Origin: Octopus vulgaris
Taxonomy: Eukaryota
Assembly (NCBI GenBank): GCA_951406725.2
Contig: OX597820.1
Coordinates: 66,092,001 to 66,156,000, forward strand
DNA length: 64,000 nucleotides
Direction: 5' to 3'
Below, in pieces: positions 52,139-63,335 of the stretch (positions are counted from its first letter, which is position 1; the number at the start of each line of letters is the position of its first letter). Position numbers and translations under genes: made by a program. The notes under the pieces were generated by a model that was not told where the DNA came from, did no database searches, and was given only the letters and a program-made list of their open reading frames with translations.

Positions 52139-52906
52139 GGATCTTTTCCTTTTGAACGGCAGTTTTCAACACAATTTCTAGTTAACTAAACACTTTCAAA
52201 CTTCGTAGAATGTGTCAAAATAAAACATTTTTCTCTTGGCTTTCTTGAGAAAATTGTAATTTGTAAGTTTAACGTAGCTTAATTTTTCGTATTTTAACCA
52301 ATCCTATGCCCTCTATTGAGCTAAAATCATTTGCTGCGTCTAAAACAGACAACATCCTGTCACTAACCCTAGCCCTCACCCTAACCCTAAATTTTAGCCT
52401 TTCGTTTTTTTTTCTTAATTGTTAAATTAATTTAAGGATAACAATTAAGAAAAAAAACGAAAGGCTAAAACGAAAGCAATGGAAAATAATTTTAATTTAG
52501 CAATTAAGAAAAAAAACGAAAGGCTAAAACGAAAGCAAAAACTCAAAACAAAACCAAAACGAATAATTTTAGACACACGCGTAACAATTAAATTAATATA
52601 AAAATTAAGATAAAAAACGAAAGACTAAAATTTAGGGTTAGGGTTAGGGTTAGGGTGATGGTTAGGGTTAGTGACAGGATGTTTTTCTCAGTTTCAGACG
52701 CAGCAAATGATTTTAGCTCAATAGAGGGCATAGGATTGGTTAAAATTCGAAAAATTAAACTACGTTAAACTTACAAATTACAATTTTCTCAAGAAAGCCA
52801 AGAGAAAAATGTTTTATTTTGACGCATTCTACCAGTATACGAAGTTTTAAAATGTTTAGTTAACTAGAAATTATGTTGAAAACTGCCGTTCAAAAGGAAA
52901 AGATCC
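52139..52906. mobile_element. Foldback/MITE with ~290-bp TIRs, 8-bp TSD and internal inverted TTAGGG tracts (Merlin- or MULE-like)
   Basis: TIR GGATCTTTTCCTTTTGAACGGCAGTTTT; TSD TATATTGG at 52131-52138 and 52907-52914; (CCCTAA)-type tract 52363-52390 and (TTAGGG)-type tract 52632-52671. Confidence 0.93.
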
Positions 52907-52963
52907 TATATTGGTACCCCAGTTTCACTTTGATAGCATGCGTTGCTCTCTCAACAACAACAA

Positions 52964-53048
<85 letters not shown>

Positions 53049-53049
<1 letters not shown>

Positions 53050-53817
53050 TCAAGGGCGTTGCCTGTTCTTCTTTGACTAAAAAGTAACGAATTGGAATAA
53101 AAGATTAGTAAATGTCGACTATTGTGTTTACCCTGCTTGAAGAAGGATAATATAATTGTTTCGACAATAAATCATTTAAAGACGCCACCCGAGCTATTTT
53201 TTGCATTTAATTGTCTGTAAGAATTTTCTTACAAAGAAATGTATACCCGAATATATACAAATATTTCGGAGGTGTACATGCTAGACAAGAGATTTGATCT
53301 GGGACCGTGTGTTGAAGCAAAAACGATAGCAGCGCTATTAACCATTCAATAACACCCAAAAGCCACATGAGAAGGAAATAATTGCCTGACAACAAAGACA
53401 AAACATATTAGCAAATGATTTACATTTGAAAAGACAATAAAAGGGAAAGGTTGAAACAAAGTTTCATGACAAAAAACGAGGCGTTTAGAGTTATTCAATA
53501 GAAAAGGCAAATGGTTAGTATTTATCTTTCACGCTGCAATCGTTTTTGTTTGAACACACGGTCCCAGATCAAATCGCTTTCGTAGCAAGTATATATCTTC
53601 GAAGTATTTGTATATATTTGGGTATATATTCCTTTGTGCCAAAATCATAACAGACAGTTAAATACGAAAAATAGCTCGGGTGGAGTCGCTAAGTGATTTA
53701 TTGTCGAAACAATTATATATTTTCTTCGTCAACCAGGGTAAATACAATTTACTTTGTGAATCTTTTACCTCAATTTGTTACCTCTTAGTCAGAGAGGAAC
53801 TGGCAATGACCTTGATA
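53049..53817. mobile_element. Second, older foldback element with ~285-bp diverged inverted arms
   Basis: ATCAAGG..GATTTGATCTGGGACCGTGTGTT..GCAGCG mirrored by CGCTGC..AACACACGGTCCCAGATCAAATC..CCTTGAT. Confidence 0.88.
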
Positions 53818-54259
53818 TTATTATTATTGTTATTGTTGTTGAGAGAGATTAATAAGTAGGTAGATAGATAGATAGATACTGCTTTATACTTCAGAATTCA
53901 GCTATATTATTCACAACAACGATCCACATAACCTTAAGCAGTAATTTGGTACATACTATGTGCTACAATACTGACATTCTACATCTATATTGAGTACTCT
54001 TGTTATTCATCTTTGTAAACTTATATATATATATATATATATATATATAGGCTATATCATATCTTTGAGCTAGAGATAAGCAGTAACAGTACGGAATCGT
54101 AAAATATATTTGCCAACTAAATGAGGCGGTCCCATAGAGGACGATGTTACTATTGTTTTTAGCCCCAGGAAAACATCTGCTCCAGCTGGCTAACGACACA
54201 CTGTCAGTGTCCGATTAGTATTTGCGAGGGGAGGTCATCGTTCCCATCTCTAGCCTACG

Positions 54260-54317
54260 TGATACACAGAGACCCGGGTTTCTGAGTAGTTACTCGTCTT
54301 CAGGGTGTGATAATCAC
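54260..54317 (-). ncRNA. Minimal type-I hammerhead ribozyme candidate
   Basis: Minus strand CACACC-CTGAAGA-C-GAGT(AACT)ACTC-A-GAAAC-CCGG-GTC-TCTGTG: intact CUGANGA, GAAA and GUC, palindromic CCGG loop; stem I has two mismatches next to the core. Confidence 0.68.
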
Positions 54318-54387
54318 CAGCTAGTGATGAGAACTCATTCCACCCGCAAAATACTATATGCTTTTTCCAACATATATATATATATAG

Positions 54388-54838
54388 GAGCATGCGTAGC
54401 CGAGTAGTAAGAAGTTTTCTTCCCAACCACATGGTTCCGGGTTCAGTCCCACTGCGTAGCACCTTGGGCAAGTGTCTCCTACTATAACCTCGGGCCGACG
54501 AAAGCCTTGTGAGTGGATTTGGTAGACGGAAGCTGTAAGAAGGCCGTCGTATATATATATATATGTGTTTGTGTCTGTGTGTGTGTCTGTGTGTGTGTGT
54601 GCGTGTGTGTGTGTGTGCGTGTGTGTTTGTCTGTGTTTGTTCCTCCACCATCGCTTGACAACCGATGTTGTTTACGATGTTGTGTGTTTATGTTCACCTA
54701 ACTTGACGGTTCGAGAAAAAAGACTGATAGAACTAGTATTAGGCTTACAAAGAATAAGTCCTGGGGTTCGACTAGGCGACATTCCAGCATGGCCGCAGTC
54801 AAATGACTGAAACAAGTTAAAGATTAAAAGAATAAAAT
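54388..54838 (+). mobile_element. SINE family A
   Basis: Full head-microsatellite-tail structure. Confidence 0.9.
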
Positions 54839-55408
54839 AATATGTGTGTGTGTCTCTGTGTTTCGGTGTGTCTTTCTGAGTATGCATGTGTGTGTATATA
54901 TACACGTGTGTGTGTATGCGCCCGGGTATGTATGTTTGTTGGTGTATGTACCTGCAAATATGTGTATGTACGTGTGTATTAAGGTGAAAGTAAGTCATTC
55001 ATTACGTAAGTAATCGTCTCACCGGCCTCACCAAAGGCACCACAGATTGCAAAACGTTGATCTGTTTCAACTGCTAAATTAATATCACACTCAGACATTA
55101 ATTAAGTTCAGCTTTATCAACTTAAATACGCTAATTAATATCAAACTTTCGAGACTTATTGCTTTCACAGTCCCATATGGTGCGTTCCCTCAACACCAAT
55201 AAAGTTTTCCAAATTACCACCGTCGCTGCTGCTTAGTTCTCGGTCAGTTCTGATTGAGAAGACCAATGAGAATAGGCGTTCAAGATTTGACCGTTCCGTC
55301 TTAACTTTTTGGAAACAGCGTACACTAGACATCATCACTAAATTTGACCTTTCTTCTAAGAATTAATGTTTGACATGAGATTGATTTGGCTGTTATATAT
55401 AGTATATT

Positions 55409-55668
55409 AGATAATATAAATGCGCCCTTTTAAAGCCAAGCCAGGCTCATGGGCCCGGTTTCCCTGTTTCAATGGCGTATGTGTTACCCAGCTGGATGGG
55501 ACGCCAGTCCATCGTAGCGTTACTCACTTTCGCCAGCTGAGTGGACTGGAGCAACGTGAAATGAAGTGTTTTGCTCAAGAGCACAACGCGTCGCCCGGTC
55601 CAGGAATCGAAACCACAATTTTACGATCATGATGCTAACACCTTAACCATTAAGCCACGCGCCTCCGC
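55409..55668 (-). mobile_element. tRNA-derived SINE (family C relative) with 15-bp TSD
   Basis: A-box TGGCTTAATGG, B-box GGTTTCGATTCC; tail GGAAACCGGGCCCATGAGCC shared with family C; TATATATAGTATATT at 55394-55408 and 55669-55683. Confidence 0.88.
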
Positions 55669-56109
55669 TATATATAGTATATTGTGTGATAACGTAATAG
55701 CTTCCTTGTTGGCCCCAAATCTTTAAGGTTTTAGTTAACCGGATAAGGAATATTCTACATGGCACACAACCTTTCAGAAATGGAACGAAAATTTGTCTCA
55801 ATCTTCATCCTTTATCGTATGTTATAAAAGAGATGCTGATCTCTGTCAGTCTATCAGTAACAACATCTGTGTATAGAGAAGGAATAAGGGGAGGAGAAAA
55901 GTCGTTGAGAGGGAAATACAGTAAGAGAGAGAGAGGGTATGTGTGAAAGTTAGATAAATTGGTTGTGTTGTCACCTTAGTAACTAACAGTTTACTAAAGT
56001 AACTAACAAGTTTTAAGTGTTAGTACCTAACAAGTTTTAAGTGCAAGTTTGTCGACAAAACACAATGCAGGCTTAAAAAAAAAGACTATATATATATATA
56101 TATATATAT

Positions 56110-56186
56110 AATATTAGGGAGTAAATCCAAACTTACAGGGAAAAATTAGATTTAGGATTAAATCCAATTTTACAGTAAAAATATAT
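56110..56186 (-). mobile_element. (TA)n-associated short element, second copy of 13144-13216
   Basis: Reverse complement matches TTTTACTATAAAATTGGATTTAACCCTAAATCTGATTTTTCCCTGTAA..TCCCTAATATT. Confidence 0.75.
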
Positions 56187-56280
56187 ATATTTATGATATA
56201 TAATTATATATATAATATTATAATATATATTTATAATATCTCTAATTTAATATATGTATATTTTGGTTGTGTGTGTGTAT

Positions 56281-56353
<73 letters not shown>

Positions 56354-56529
56354 TGGGTGTGTGTGTGTCTTTCAATATATATAAAATGCAATATAGACTT
56401 TAAAAAAGGATTACTCACTCTGAACAATTTATGAAGGTACGTGCATGATTAAAAAATATTTTTATTGGCACCGTGGTAACGGATAACGATCTAGTTTTAT
56501 AAAGGCAGAAGGTCGTATTTTGATAATTC

Positions 56530-56805
56530 TTTCTGATTTTAGCATAAGGCCAGCAATTTGGCTGTGAGAGCAAATACTTGACTGGTTCTCTCTATTTTAT
56601 CAACTCCGTAAAGATGAAAGGCAAAGACCCCCGACAGAGTTTTAATTCAGAACGTAAAGAGCAGAAAGAAATACCCTTTCTAATATACGAACAAGGCCTG
56701 AACTTTTGGAGATGTTCACTCGATTACATCGACCCCAGTACTCATCTGGTACTTATTTTATCGACCCCGAAAGGATGAAAAGCACAGCGACCTTGGCGGA
56801 ATACA
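56530..56805 (-). mobile_element. SINE family B, two partial units
   Basis: CGATTACATCGACCCCAGTAC..TATCGACCCCGAAAGGATGAAA. Confidence 0.78.
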
Positions 56806-56824
56806 GCCTTTAAAAATACCATTA

Positions 56825-56987
56825 AGGCGCAGGAGTGGCTGTGTGATAAGAAGCTTGCTTCCCAACCACATGATTCTGGGTTCAGTCTCTCTGCGTGGCA
56901 CCTTAGGCAAGTGTCTTCTAATATAGCCTCGGACTGACCAAAGCCTTGTGAGTGGATTTGGAAAACGGAAACTGAAAGAAGCCCGTC

Positions 56988-57037
<50 letters not shown>

Positions 57038-57441
57038 GTATATATATACAAAATTTAGAGGAATGACCACTAAAGTAGACACTCTATATGCTAAACATAG
57101 ACGTCAAATCGCCATTATCACGAAGAATGTGTTCTCAAGATAAATCTCAGCAAAAAAACAAAATGTAAAAATAAGCAAGACAAATGAAAATATACGAAAT
57201 AAAAATCAATTACCAATGTACCATTGGTTCCACTTGTTAATATTTCCGTATATGAACATGCAAATATCTGTAAGATCATCAGCATAGTCTGTCGCTTGCA
57301 AAACATAATTTCCAGAACTAGATACAGAACACTCAACCTCTAAATTTTGTATGTAACACAATTTTTAATCTTCGGAATTTTTAAAATATGCTAAGCCACT
57401 GGATTTAATTGATTAATATCAATTTCTACCTTTAATATTTA

Positions 57442-57481
<40 letters not shown>

Positions 57482-57505
57482 TATATATATATGTATATAT
57501 ATATG

Positions 57506-57538
<33 letters not shown>

Positions 57539-57735
57539 TTGTTGTATCTGTATTTATCTCTCCCCACCATCGCTTGACAACCGATGTTGGTGTGTTTACG
57601 TCCCCGTAACTTAGCGGTGCGACAAAAGAGATCGATAGAATAAGCACTAGGCTAAGTCCTGGGATCGATTAGTTCGACTAGAGACGGTGCTCCAGAATGG
57701 CGGCATTGAAATGACTGAAACAAGTAAAAGAGTAA
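56825..57735 (+). mobile_element. SINE family A, split at its internal (TA)n by a ~400-bp insert
   Basis: Head 56825-56990, tail 57540-57735. Confidence 0.78.
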
Positions 57736-57904
57736 GTATTTTATTCTAGCACAGTAATGATTCTGCCAGCTCACCGCTATGAGGCGTGCTTAGATAATGC
57801 AATCTTAGATACGATATGGCTGACAAAAAAAAAATACACCTGGATTCTCGAGACTGGAAACCGATTACTCATATGACATGATTTGTGGAGTTTGTCGCTA
57901 TCTG

Positions 57905-58201
57905 CGGACTTCCGTTTCTTGTGGACATTCTGAACAGTTCCATCTGCTTCAAACGTTTCTCTAATTCGAGTGATGGTACATTGCGTTGATGGATCTCTTT
58001 CAAACTCTCCACTAAACCGTCCTTGCACCTCGACTACACTTTCATACTTCCAGTAGCACTTTCGAATAAATTAAATTAGTTCAAAGCTTTATCAGGTTAC
58101 CTTCATTATTTATAATAGGTTAAATCTACAAAGAAATGTAAACTGAGTTATCAGCTGTTAAAGTGTGCATACATTTTTGGGAAGGGAGGAGACATCCTGT
58201 A
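57905..58201 (-). pseudogene. Tc1/mariner transposon left end with N-terminal HTH transposase fragment
   Basis: Minus strand TA|CAGGATGTC..AAAAATGTATGCACACTTTAACAGCTG; FIRKCYWKYESVVEVQGRFSGEF..TITRIRETFEADGTVQNVHKKR. Confidence 0.75.
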
Positions 58202-58210
58202 GGTAGGTTG

Positions 58211-58367
<157 letters not shown>

Positions 58368-58845
58368 ACCAAATAAGTATGTATACATACACACCCTGGA
58401 TACGAGCTGGCTAGTGAATGTGTATATGATTGTGTGTACATTATTATAAATCATGATGGTTACACAGTGGGGTTTCTGTTTATTGGTCGACATTAAACTA
58501 ATCAATGACGTCAGACCCAAGGGGTGTACATAAACAAAATGTATTTAGATGTAGGTGTATAAATAATCAACTGCAAGCAACGCTTAACTTAATTTTAATT
58601 CCCCCGAATTCAGTATAATTACTATTCCAAAGAGCTTTCGTCGGTGGCGCGTGTCATGGTGCTGTTAATGGTTGCTCTAAGTGTGTGTAGGTGGGGCTGT
58701 TTGTTGTTCGTAAGAATTTGTAGCGTTGTTGTGTTCTTCGCCATAGCTGTGATGTCCCTAGTGACGGTTGTGATGTCGTATTGTGATGGTGACGTTGTTG
58801 CAGATAGTCCGTTGCTGTGACGTTCTAAGTGACGGTTGTGAGGTT

Positions 58846-59023
58846 CGTCTGTCGTTACGTTCTGAGTTCAAATTCCGCCGAGATCAACTTTGCCTTTTAT
58901 CCTTTCGGGGGTCGATTAAATAAGTACCAGTTACGCACTGGGGTCGATATAATCGACTTAACCCGTTTGTCTGCCCTTGTATGTCCCCTCTATGTTTAGC
59001 CCCTTGTGGGTAATAAAGAAATA
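58846..59023 (+). mobile_element. SINE family B, 5'-truncated, with 12-bp TSD
   Basis: GGTTGTGAGGTT at 58834-58845 and 59024-59035. Confidence 0.9.
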
Positions 59024-60172
59024 GGTTGTGAGGTTGGTGATGGTTGTAATGCTTTTAATAATAGTCTTGGTGTTGTGATGTTGTTGAAGGTAGTTGTGAT
59101 GTGAGGTGATGTTGTGTGTGATGCTGTCGGTGTTGATGGTGACGGACAGACTGATGTTGATGATGGCGATAAAGCTTGTAACAGAGTTTGTTGTTAGTGG
59201 TGCGTGTAGTGCTGAGGTGCCAGTTGTGGTGGTGATACAGTTGTGGTGCTAGTCGTGATGGTGGTGCTGGTGGTAATGGTGAGAGTAGCTCTGGCAGTGC
59301 TAGCTATGGAAGTTGCAATAGCAGCTGTGTCAGTAGTTATTTCTAAAGAATCTGATTGTACTGAGGGTAGCTGAAATTATGGTGGTGGTGATGGTGATAG
59401 TGGTGCTGCTGGTGGTGGTGCTGCTACTGTTGCTACTGCTGCTGCTGCTAGTAATGCTTGTAGTGGCGCTGGTGGTGTTAGTTTTTGTGGTTGTATTGGT
59501 GGTTGTAATATTTGTTGTTTATAGCGAGACTGATTGTGCTGTGGGTAGCTGTAACCGTAGTGGTTGGGATGGGGGTGGGGGCAGCTGGATGTGACGTATA
59601 TGGTGATATCGGTTACATCACTGCTTCTGTTGTTGCTGCTGCAGATGATGATGACGATGACGATGACGATGGTTGTGGTTGAGGTGGTGGTGGTGCTGCT
59701 GCTGTTGTTTGTGGTAGTGGTGGTGGTGGTGGTGGTGATGGTGGTGGTGGTAGTAGTAGTAGTAGTGGTAGTGGTAGTGATTGTGGTGGTGGTTGGTGGT
59801 AGTGATGGAGGTGGTGGTTGGTGGTAGTGGTGGTGGTGGTGGTGGTGGTGGTGGTAGTGATGGTGGTGGTGGTTGTTGTTGTTGTTGGTGGTGCTGGTGC
59901 TGGTGCTGGTGCAGATACAGCTACTGCTGTTGGTAGTGGTGTTGATGAAAGTGCTCATTGTGGTGGCGGCGACGGCGACGGTGGCGGCGGCGGCGACGGT
60001 GGCGGCGGCGGCGGCGGCGGCGGTGGTGGTGGTGGTGGTGGTGGTGGTGGTGGTCACGACGACGACGACGACGACAATAATGATGATAATGACGACAACG
60101 ATGACCAACCACTCCGACGACGACCACAACGACAACGGACAACGACGGCAGCGGCGGCGGCGGCGGTGGCGT
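59024..60172. repeat. G/T-rich trinucleotide mosaic: (TGG)n, (TGC)n, (GGC)n, (GAC)n
   Basis: Low-complexity period-3 sequence. Confidence 0.92.
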
Positions 60173-60435
60173 CTACAATGATTGAGCAGCAATAAGGTGA
60201 CCGCATTTGAAGGTAGCTTCCGTAATATAATTATTAATCAATTGCATGCAATAAAGCCTGTTCCAACAACCCGCCTTATTCCCTTTCACCTTTGCCCTCG
60301 CAGATCACTCCGAACTAATGAACCTGTTTCAAATATTTCATCTGCAAACGATTCCTTCCCAGCATTCACTCAGCTCAACATTTGGTCGCTCTAATTAGCT
60401 TTATTAATCATTTTCTGACCACTCAGCTCGGTCGA

Positions 60436-61240
60436 GAGCTGGTTGGCTTGGTTCGCTGGTTGGCTGGTTGGCTGGTTTGCTGGCTGGCTGGTTGTTTGGT
60501 CGGTTGTTTGGTCGGTCGGTCGTTCGGTCGGTCGGACGGTCGGTCGGTCGGTCGGTCGGTCGGTCGGTCGGTCGGCCGGTCGGTCGGTCGGCCGGTCGGT
60601 CGGTCGGTCGGACGGTTGGTCGGTCGGTCAGTCGGTCGGTCGGTCGGTTGGTCGGTCGGTCAGTCGGTCGGTCGGTCGGTTGGTCGGTCGGCCGGTCGGT
60701 TGGTCGGTCGCTCGGTCGGTCGGTCGGTCGGTTAGCTGGTTGGCCGTTTGATTGGCTGGATGGATGGCTGGGTAGCTGGATGTGTGGATGGGTGGATGGA
60801 TGGATGGGTGAATGGATGGTTGACTGACCGGCTGGCTAGCTGGCTGGATGACAGGCTGGTTGGCTGGCTTGTTGGCTTGCTGGCTTGTTGGCTTGCTGGC
60901 TTGTTGGCTGGTTGGCTGGCTTGTTTGTTGGTTGGCTGGCAGGCTGGTTGGCTGGCTGGTACGCTGGCTGTGTGGCTGGCTGGCTGGCTGGCTGGATGGT
61001 TGGCTGTCTGTGTGGCTGGCTGACTGGCTGGTTGGTTGGCTGGATGGCTGTGTGGCTGGCTGGTTGGCTTGCTGGCCAGTCGGTTGTTTGTTACCACCCT
61101 GGTTGGTGAGCTGAATAGTTGACTGCGTTATTTAGTATATGACTGGGTAACCATCTGCCTGCCTGCCTAGCTGCATCGCTGGTTACCTGACTTGGCAAGC
61201 TGGTTTGGTTTGCCAGCTGACTGGCTGGCTGGCTGCTCAG
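60436..61240. repeat. Compound tetranucleotide array (GGTC)n, (GGAT)n, (GGCT)n
   Basis: Period-4 GGNN repeats whose unit changes along the array. Confidence 0.95.
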
Positions 61241-61972
61241 CTCTCTAGTTGGGTAACTAACTTTCTGGCTCAGCTATAAAACGCATCTTATACAACAATG
61301 TTGTTGTTGTTCTTGTTGCCTGTTGTTAACGTTGCACACACGTATACACAACTATGCACACACATGCACACGTATGCACACGTATGCACTTGTACACACA
61401 CGTTTTAAGCCACACTCATATGAAGAATGTACAAGAAATTACAGCTTTCTCTATCATGATTTTATGACCTTACATTTGTAACGCCGATAACTATCGGTGT
61501 ACAACTGCTGGTTGATCGTTATCAAATATTTAGGTGGCTGTTTTGAAATACCTGGGGATTTGAGGGAAAGAAAGTGAAAATAGGTATTTATACACAGACA
61601 CACACAAACATGCACACACATATATACATATTTATAATGTATTTATAAGTGTGTATTATAAAATTTATTGTCAGTGACCTCGAAGTGATTTCATCGGCTG
61701 TAGTTTGATCAAGTACTTTGAGCAAAGCACAACAGACGAAACAATTTCGAAGTCACTATGAATAAAATTATAATACATACATACAAAAATACATATATAC
61801 GTACATACATGCATACATACATACGCGCACAAACATACATAAATACACAAACACATACATACACACATACATACACACATACATACATACATACATACAT
61901 ACATACATACATACATACATACATACATACATACATACATACATACATACACACACACATATAGCTACATAC

Positions 61973-62328
61973 GTATGACATTATTCAGTTTTATTTCAAG
62001 ATTTCTTTCCAATAGAGAAAGAACCGGTTTCTAGCCTAGATCCAAGACTCCTTCATTGGAATTTCAACATGAAGCAGATTTGTATGTTTTGTTTTATGTG
62101 CGTATTCTCATGCATAGAGTTCCGTATCTAGACATGCTCATATATACTTAAATGATAAACTTCTGGAGTGTTTTACAGATTTTTACAGTTCCAGTGATGG
62201 CTTGGATCTGTAGTCTTTGAATTAGCTTCCTTCTTTCTGGTTTTCAGAAGCCTAATTTCTCAAGGTTGGTATTTAGGCAGTGTGTTATCCCAGTGTCCCA
62301 ATAATTACAGGTATAAACCTGAACTTGT
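61973..62328 (-). mobile_element. RLE-LINE 3' end flanked by (CATA)n/(TATG)n
   Basis: Minus strand KFRFIPVIIGTLG..CLNTNLEKLGF..LIQRLQIQAITGTVKICKTLQKFII*, then a 3' UTR ending CTGAATAATGTCATAC. Confidence 0.8.
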
Positions 62329-62870
62329 TTGTATATATGTATGTATGTTTGTATGTATGTATGTATGTATATATGTGTGTGTGTTGTGTGTGTGTACTAT
62401 GTATGTATGAATGTAAACACTAATGAATGAAGATTTATTCGTGAATTATTAATTTATCAGCAGCGTACGTTTCAAGTAGAATACCACATCTCAAAATCGA
62501 TTGATTAAACGAGTATAAATGCAGTATTGCAGTATTTTGAAATGTACTATTCTATTTGAAACGTACGTAATTGATAAATCATTAATAAATCTCAATTCTT
62601 TTGTACTTTTTCCTATTACACTCTGCTACTACACACTTAATTTAAACTGAATTAATTCAGTGTTTGAACTTTGGATTTACAAACTGGACTAGTGACAGAA
62701 AAGGAATTTACAATCAATGTGGATTATTGTGGCATTCACTGGACAATTTATTTGACCGGGTTTGATACCTACAGAGTGATTATACAGAACTCGTCTGGAT
62801 TCTTTACTCACTTTTCCTTCATTATATATATATATATATATATATACATATATATATTTAAAGGTGTGTG

Positions 62871-62946
<76 letters not shown>

Positions 62947-63154
62947 GTTAATGAGACGGAAGATACGAGAATTCTTATTAGTCACTATAATTGTTTCAAC
63001 CCATCTAGCATCGATCCCTCACGGGTGGGATACTTAGCGACTGGTTTAGGAGCATCCGTCGGTGTTGATGTTTCTTTTCGGGTAATAATTAGATATAACT
63101 CGTTAAAATAACGACTGTTCCGCAAGATATCCTCTCGGTTCGTGTAAAGAAAAT

Positions 63155-63207
<53 letters not shown>

Positions 63208-63300
63208 GTAGGTATCAGTTAGAGGAGTTTAAAATCTCTAAAGGATAATTAAATTCAAAAGCGCTCCTGGTTAATACTTGTGTAGGTACAGTCCTTTTCA

Positions 63301-63335
<35 letters not shown>

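Noticed and set aside
52363-52671. True telomere or chromosome-fusion scar
   Set aside because: The tracts are short, imperfect and lie inside the TIRs of an element with a TSD.
59377-60195. 271-aa His/Thr/Ala/Pro-rich ORF resembling a transcription-factor low-complexity region
   Set aside because: It is made entirely of trinucleotide mosaics, open in several frames on both strands, starts at a non-ATG codon and has no folded domain.
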